Source: Tricharina praecox
Lineage: Eukaryota
Length of the DNA stretch: 64,000 bases
Assembly (NCBI RefSeq): GCF_024521635.1
Contig: NW_026250404.1
Span: 1,116,001-1,180,000, forward strand
Direction: 5' to 3'
Shown here: in pieces, positions 60,085-64,000 of the stretch
Position numbering within the stretch: the first letter of the stretch is position 1
Layout of the letters: each line of letters opens with the position of its first letter
Notes under the pieces: model-generated
The model's input: only the letters and a program-made list of their open reading frames with translations
Database searches by the model: none
Told to the model about the DNA's origin: nothing
Program-made: the position numbers and the translations under genes

Positions 60085-62102
60085 CGCGCTGAGTGGACTA
60101 CCAAGCACACTGCCATCACATTCGCACTATCATTCTGCACCTAGAATCCGGTCAGCACTGAGTACGTAGACAATGTGGGATTCAATGTACTCCGTCACCG
60201 AACTTCTTCAGGTCTGTTGAGCACCAACACACGCCACTGCTTCCTCCGGTCAATATTCACCGGGATCCCTGATCCGGCTTAGTTATAAACCATGGTAAAC
60301 CGCGGTTTCTGTGTATACGATTGGCCGGCGAGAGGGTTCCGAGCGAGAAGGTGTCATGGATGAAGAGCATCAGCCCTACCGGAAGACGGTTAATTCACCG
60401 GTCGCTTCCAATACACCCTCCACTATGTAGGGGCGTGGCTGGTCGAGCATTCGGGGGTGTATCTTCGGTGAGATCTGGGGGGATGGGGTCATCAATTAGT
60501 TTCGCATAGGTACAGCCCGTCCGAACTACATATGTCGAAGGAGTCGGGGTTTGACATCGGAGGGGTGTGTTGAAAAGTACGAGTAACATTTTTTCGATTG
60601 ATTCGCAAAATACAGCGGATGACCAGCTAGACATGCCAGACAGAAGCAGAAGTAAGTATGAAAATAAACAGCATTCTGGAGGCGTGCAAATATTACCAAA
60701 TATTACCGATATGACTAATGTGCAAAATCTTCGACGAGTGAAGATGTTGCTTGATGATGTGACTTTTGAAGGAGAATCGCGACAGGGTGGCTTTGGGTGG
60801 GGATGATTGAAACGAGTGATCGAGGTTGATGCAGTGCACACATACCACCGGTAGTAGTTATTGGTGGTTCAGTATATATGAGCATCTGCCATCTGGTCAG
60901 TGGTCAGGGCTATTCTACGCTAGTTAAGTCTAGATTGGTAGGGCTGAGATCTTACTCATGGGGAAGGAATATGAAGAAGAACCTTGCCGCCATTACCGTT
61001 GTTTTCCTCCAGCTGAAACCATGAGGCTGAGAGTTCCGGCGGGGCAGGTGCATCGCTTTACATCGAATGACTGGACCATAAACGTTGAACCCCGATTAGG
61101 TAGACAGAGAATCCACTGGTTGAACATGGATGGCGGCGGGTGGGGCTATGCGAAAGGATACATACCATACCGGTGAGCATTTCGGCAGCAATCACCACAG
61201 ACGTGCGTAGAGTCTAGACCTGTCATATCGATTGTTGCGGCTAGAGCTCTAGACACTAAGCTTGAATGCAGTGAGGGCCTCTCCTATAGGCTATTAATCT
61301 CAGCATGGACACGACTTAATACATCCCGAGTCGAAGCACTCCACATCACCGGCGTGGAGACTTTTCTGCCGGCACCTGCATCAAGTGGGCCGCCACGTCA
61401 GGGTTGCGTACGATTCAATACCCCGAACATTTCAACACGGTCTAGTCCGGTTGATTTCGCACGGTGTAGGAGTATCATAACTAGTCTCCATTGATCTCAG
61501 GGCCGGCGTAGAAATGATATCAGTTCGCCTTGGGGGCGCGATCTACATACGAGGGTTAGTTACAACCCCATGTGCTCTAGTATACTTGCTAATCTAGCGA
61601 GTCTACAGCAAGGTGAGCGGAACGTGCGCTAAATATCATCGGGGTGAGTGTTTATTCGCAAGACATCTGACACGGCGCAGCCCGCTTGCGCCATATTTAG
61701 CAGCAAAGCACACTTCTCAACCCCCTCACTCACCGTCGACTCTCGACTCTCGAGGACGCCTCCACAACCGCCATGGCATCACACTCTCAGCCACCATGTT
61801 GGCCACACATTTTGTCATGCTGCCTGCTGGCCGGCGAAGCATGGACTACTCCATGAGGAGAAAGTACCTATGTCCCCACTCTGACTACTGGTAGGGTCCC
61901 AGGCAGCCATGCCATAGGACTGACTCAATGCTCCCTTCCAATGGATATTCACCCCTCACAATAGACCCCGCTACGGGTAAGCACAGCCCTACCACTTGTC
62001 GGACCCTCAGGAATATGGCGTGAATAGATCTGTATTTAATGCTCAAGTCTGCCGTCAACTCTACCCATATCACGGCAGTTCCAACAGCATCTTTCGCTTA
62101 CC

Positions 62103-64000
62103 ATGAGAGCTTCACACCTATTACTACGAGGCGCGAGTCTGGCGGTATTCGCATCCACATGTTTGACAGCAAGCACTACAGAAATTGATCCATGCGAGAA
62201 GCTCGGCGGCATCCAACTCACAGGTCAGTAGTAAACTCTCACTCCCGGTCAGGCGTGATTGAAAGGCACATTACCGATACGGTGATACCAGAGGATGTCA
62301 ACGGTCCGACAGCATTTACGCCCACGGAGGCCCTCAACTGCTTGAGATCGGTTCCATTCTCTGCCGACGACGCCACCGAGCTCATTGAAACTCTCCGTCA
62401 CACGAATGCTTGGTATGCTGGGCAAGCCTTCTACAAGGTCCCTATAGAGCCCTTGCATGAGCTTCCAGCGTTCGACGTCGACAAGACCATCGACGGGATC
62501 GAAGCCAAAGTCAAGAGCGGACACTACAAGAATGGATTCGACTTCTTCCGCGACATCGGCCTGGTACAGACGTCCTATCGCGACATGCACACATCGTTTT
62601 ACCCAGCTTGTGGTGACTACTACCTATTCAAGTACACACATGATTATCCCCTCGTGGCCGTCTCGGATACGGCAGTTGGGACACGGGGTATCTATACCTT
62701 GAAGAGAAATGGAACCACGGCGAAACCGAAGCTAGACAAGCAAGTCGAAACAATCAATAGACTTCCTGCGGAGGAGTTCCTGATCAGACTGGCGTCTGAT
62801 CACCCTGATCTTTGGATGTACCACGATCCCGACACCAGGTTCAACATGCTGTTCGAAAACTATCCGTGGGAGCAGAACTCGGGTATCTTTAACTTTCGTC
62901 AGTACTTTGTAGGAGAAGAGGAAGAAAAGCTAGAGATTGGCTTCGTGGGAGGCGAGAAAGTCCAAGTCCAGTGGAAGGCATATTTTCAGAATCTCGAGCT
63001 TCAATTCAACTCGACCGAAGAACTGATCCAGAATGTTTGTTATTTGTCTGCCGAGGAACTCAAGCCGCTTTCACCCAAGGTTGCCGGGCCTCTCTGGAAG
63101 GAGGATCCGAGTGGAGCTCTCTGGAGTAGCGCATTTTCCCCCGAGGTCGTCGAAAAGAGAACGGCCGCGCCCTTCCCCGCCACTACCGCTACCGACTCAC
63201 CTGCAACCGCTACCGACTCGGCAGAGACGTCGGCGACACCCACGACGTCAATAGTTGGTTATCCAACTCCGGTGTCCCGCAACGAAGATGAATCGCTCGT
63301 TTGGTTCCAGGATCCAGATGGTGATAATGAAACGGTGATTCTTCGGATTTCCACCTTTGACATAGAGGAAACCGACAGCTGGTCGCTCTTCCTCAACACG
63401 ACTTTGCAGGCTTTCCACGAGAAGGGTGCGAAGAGACTCATCATCGACGTCTCCGGAAATGGTGGAGGAACCGCCATACTTGCAAAGAGATTTGTTCGAG
63501 TCCTCTTCCCAGATCTATTTGACGGAACCGACGAGCCGGATTACTATGCGAACATGCGATATCACTCAGCCCTGGACAAAGTGTGGAAGGCTGAAAAAGA
63601 TTTTGATCCGGAGAACCTCCAACACACCCTGCTGAACGAGTACGTAAACCTGAACGGCACCAACTTCACAACTTTCGATGAGGTTCTTGGCCCATACCGC
63701 AACGTCGCATTCAACGACTCGTTTACCGCCATGTCTCTTTGGCGACCCGACCTGGACAAGACCGACTTCGGGTCCAATAGCGAATGGAGCAAGGAGAACA
63801 TCATTATCGTCGGGGCTGGCCAGTGCGCTTCTACCTGTCACAACTGGATGGAATTGATGAGGAACGTCGGCGTCCGCACGTACACGTTCGGTGGGAGGGC
63901 CAACAGCACAGCGATGCAACCCGTCGGTGGTACCAAGAGTGGCACCGTTCACGACTTCAAACAAATGGTTGAGAAAACTTGGGCAGCGCTTGGCGATACG
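62103..64000 (+). CDS. Secreted peptidase S41-family protein (3' end beyond the window); intron 62224-62291
   Basis: Signal peptide MRASHLLLRGASLAVFASTCLT; ALNCLRSVPF, KSGHYKNGFDFFRDI, KRLIIDVSGNGGG, ENIIIVGAGQCASTC (catalytic Ser region), TFGGR...MQPVGGTKSG. Absent from the ORF track, probably because there is no stop in the window. Confidence 0.85.

Noticed and set aside
47900..60100. Starship or other giant cargo element
   Set aside because: No tyrosine-recombinase captain gene seen; the block is explained by separate LINE, MITE, CACTA and hAT pieces.
60321..61894. Several 60-150-aa ORFs between the hAT relic and the S41 gene
   Set aside because: No motifs, weak codon bias, no coherent gene model.

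Overview
Eukaryotic DNA from a filamentous ascomycete (short GT-AG introns with CTRAC/CTRAT branch sites, CT-rich leaders; Pezizomycetes is a guess). 1-14 kb: gene-sparse, with a 48-aa membrane microprotein candidate, a small acidic/Gln-rich conserved fungal protein, and an 898-aa secreted Tyr/Lys/Pro/Gly tandem-repeat protein. 17.3-33.1 kb: compact catabolic cluster (FAD monooxygenase, SDR, NodB-type hydrolase, decayed amidase, phenol-hydroxylase-like monooxygenase, xanthine-dehydrogenase paralogue with FATAx motif). Its family content matches the Aspergillus nidulans hxn nicotinate-degradation genes, but the amidase is a pseudogene. 34-44 kb: small secreted Cys protein, 721-codon membrane protein ORF and an F-box/LRR protein. 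47.9-60.1 kb: transposon-rich block with LINE relics, a 145-bp TA-flanked MITE, a hAT relic and an apparently intact 7.8-kb CACTA/EnSpm-type element. That element has atypical CCTA...TAGG termini, an ATC target duplication and two divergent genes. From 62.1 kb: secreted S41-family peptidase running off the window end. All calls come from reading the sequence and recalled family motifs; no database searches were run.
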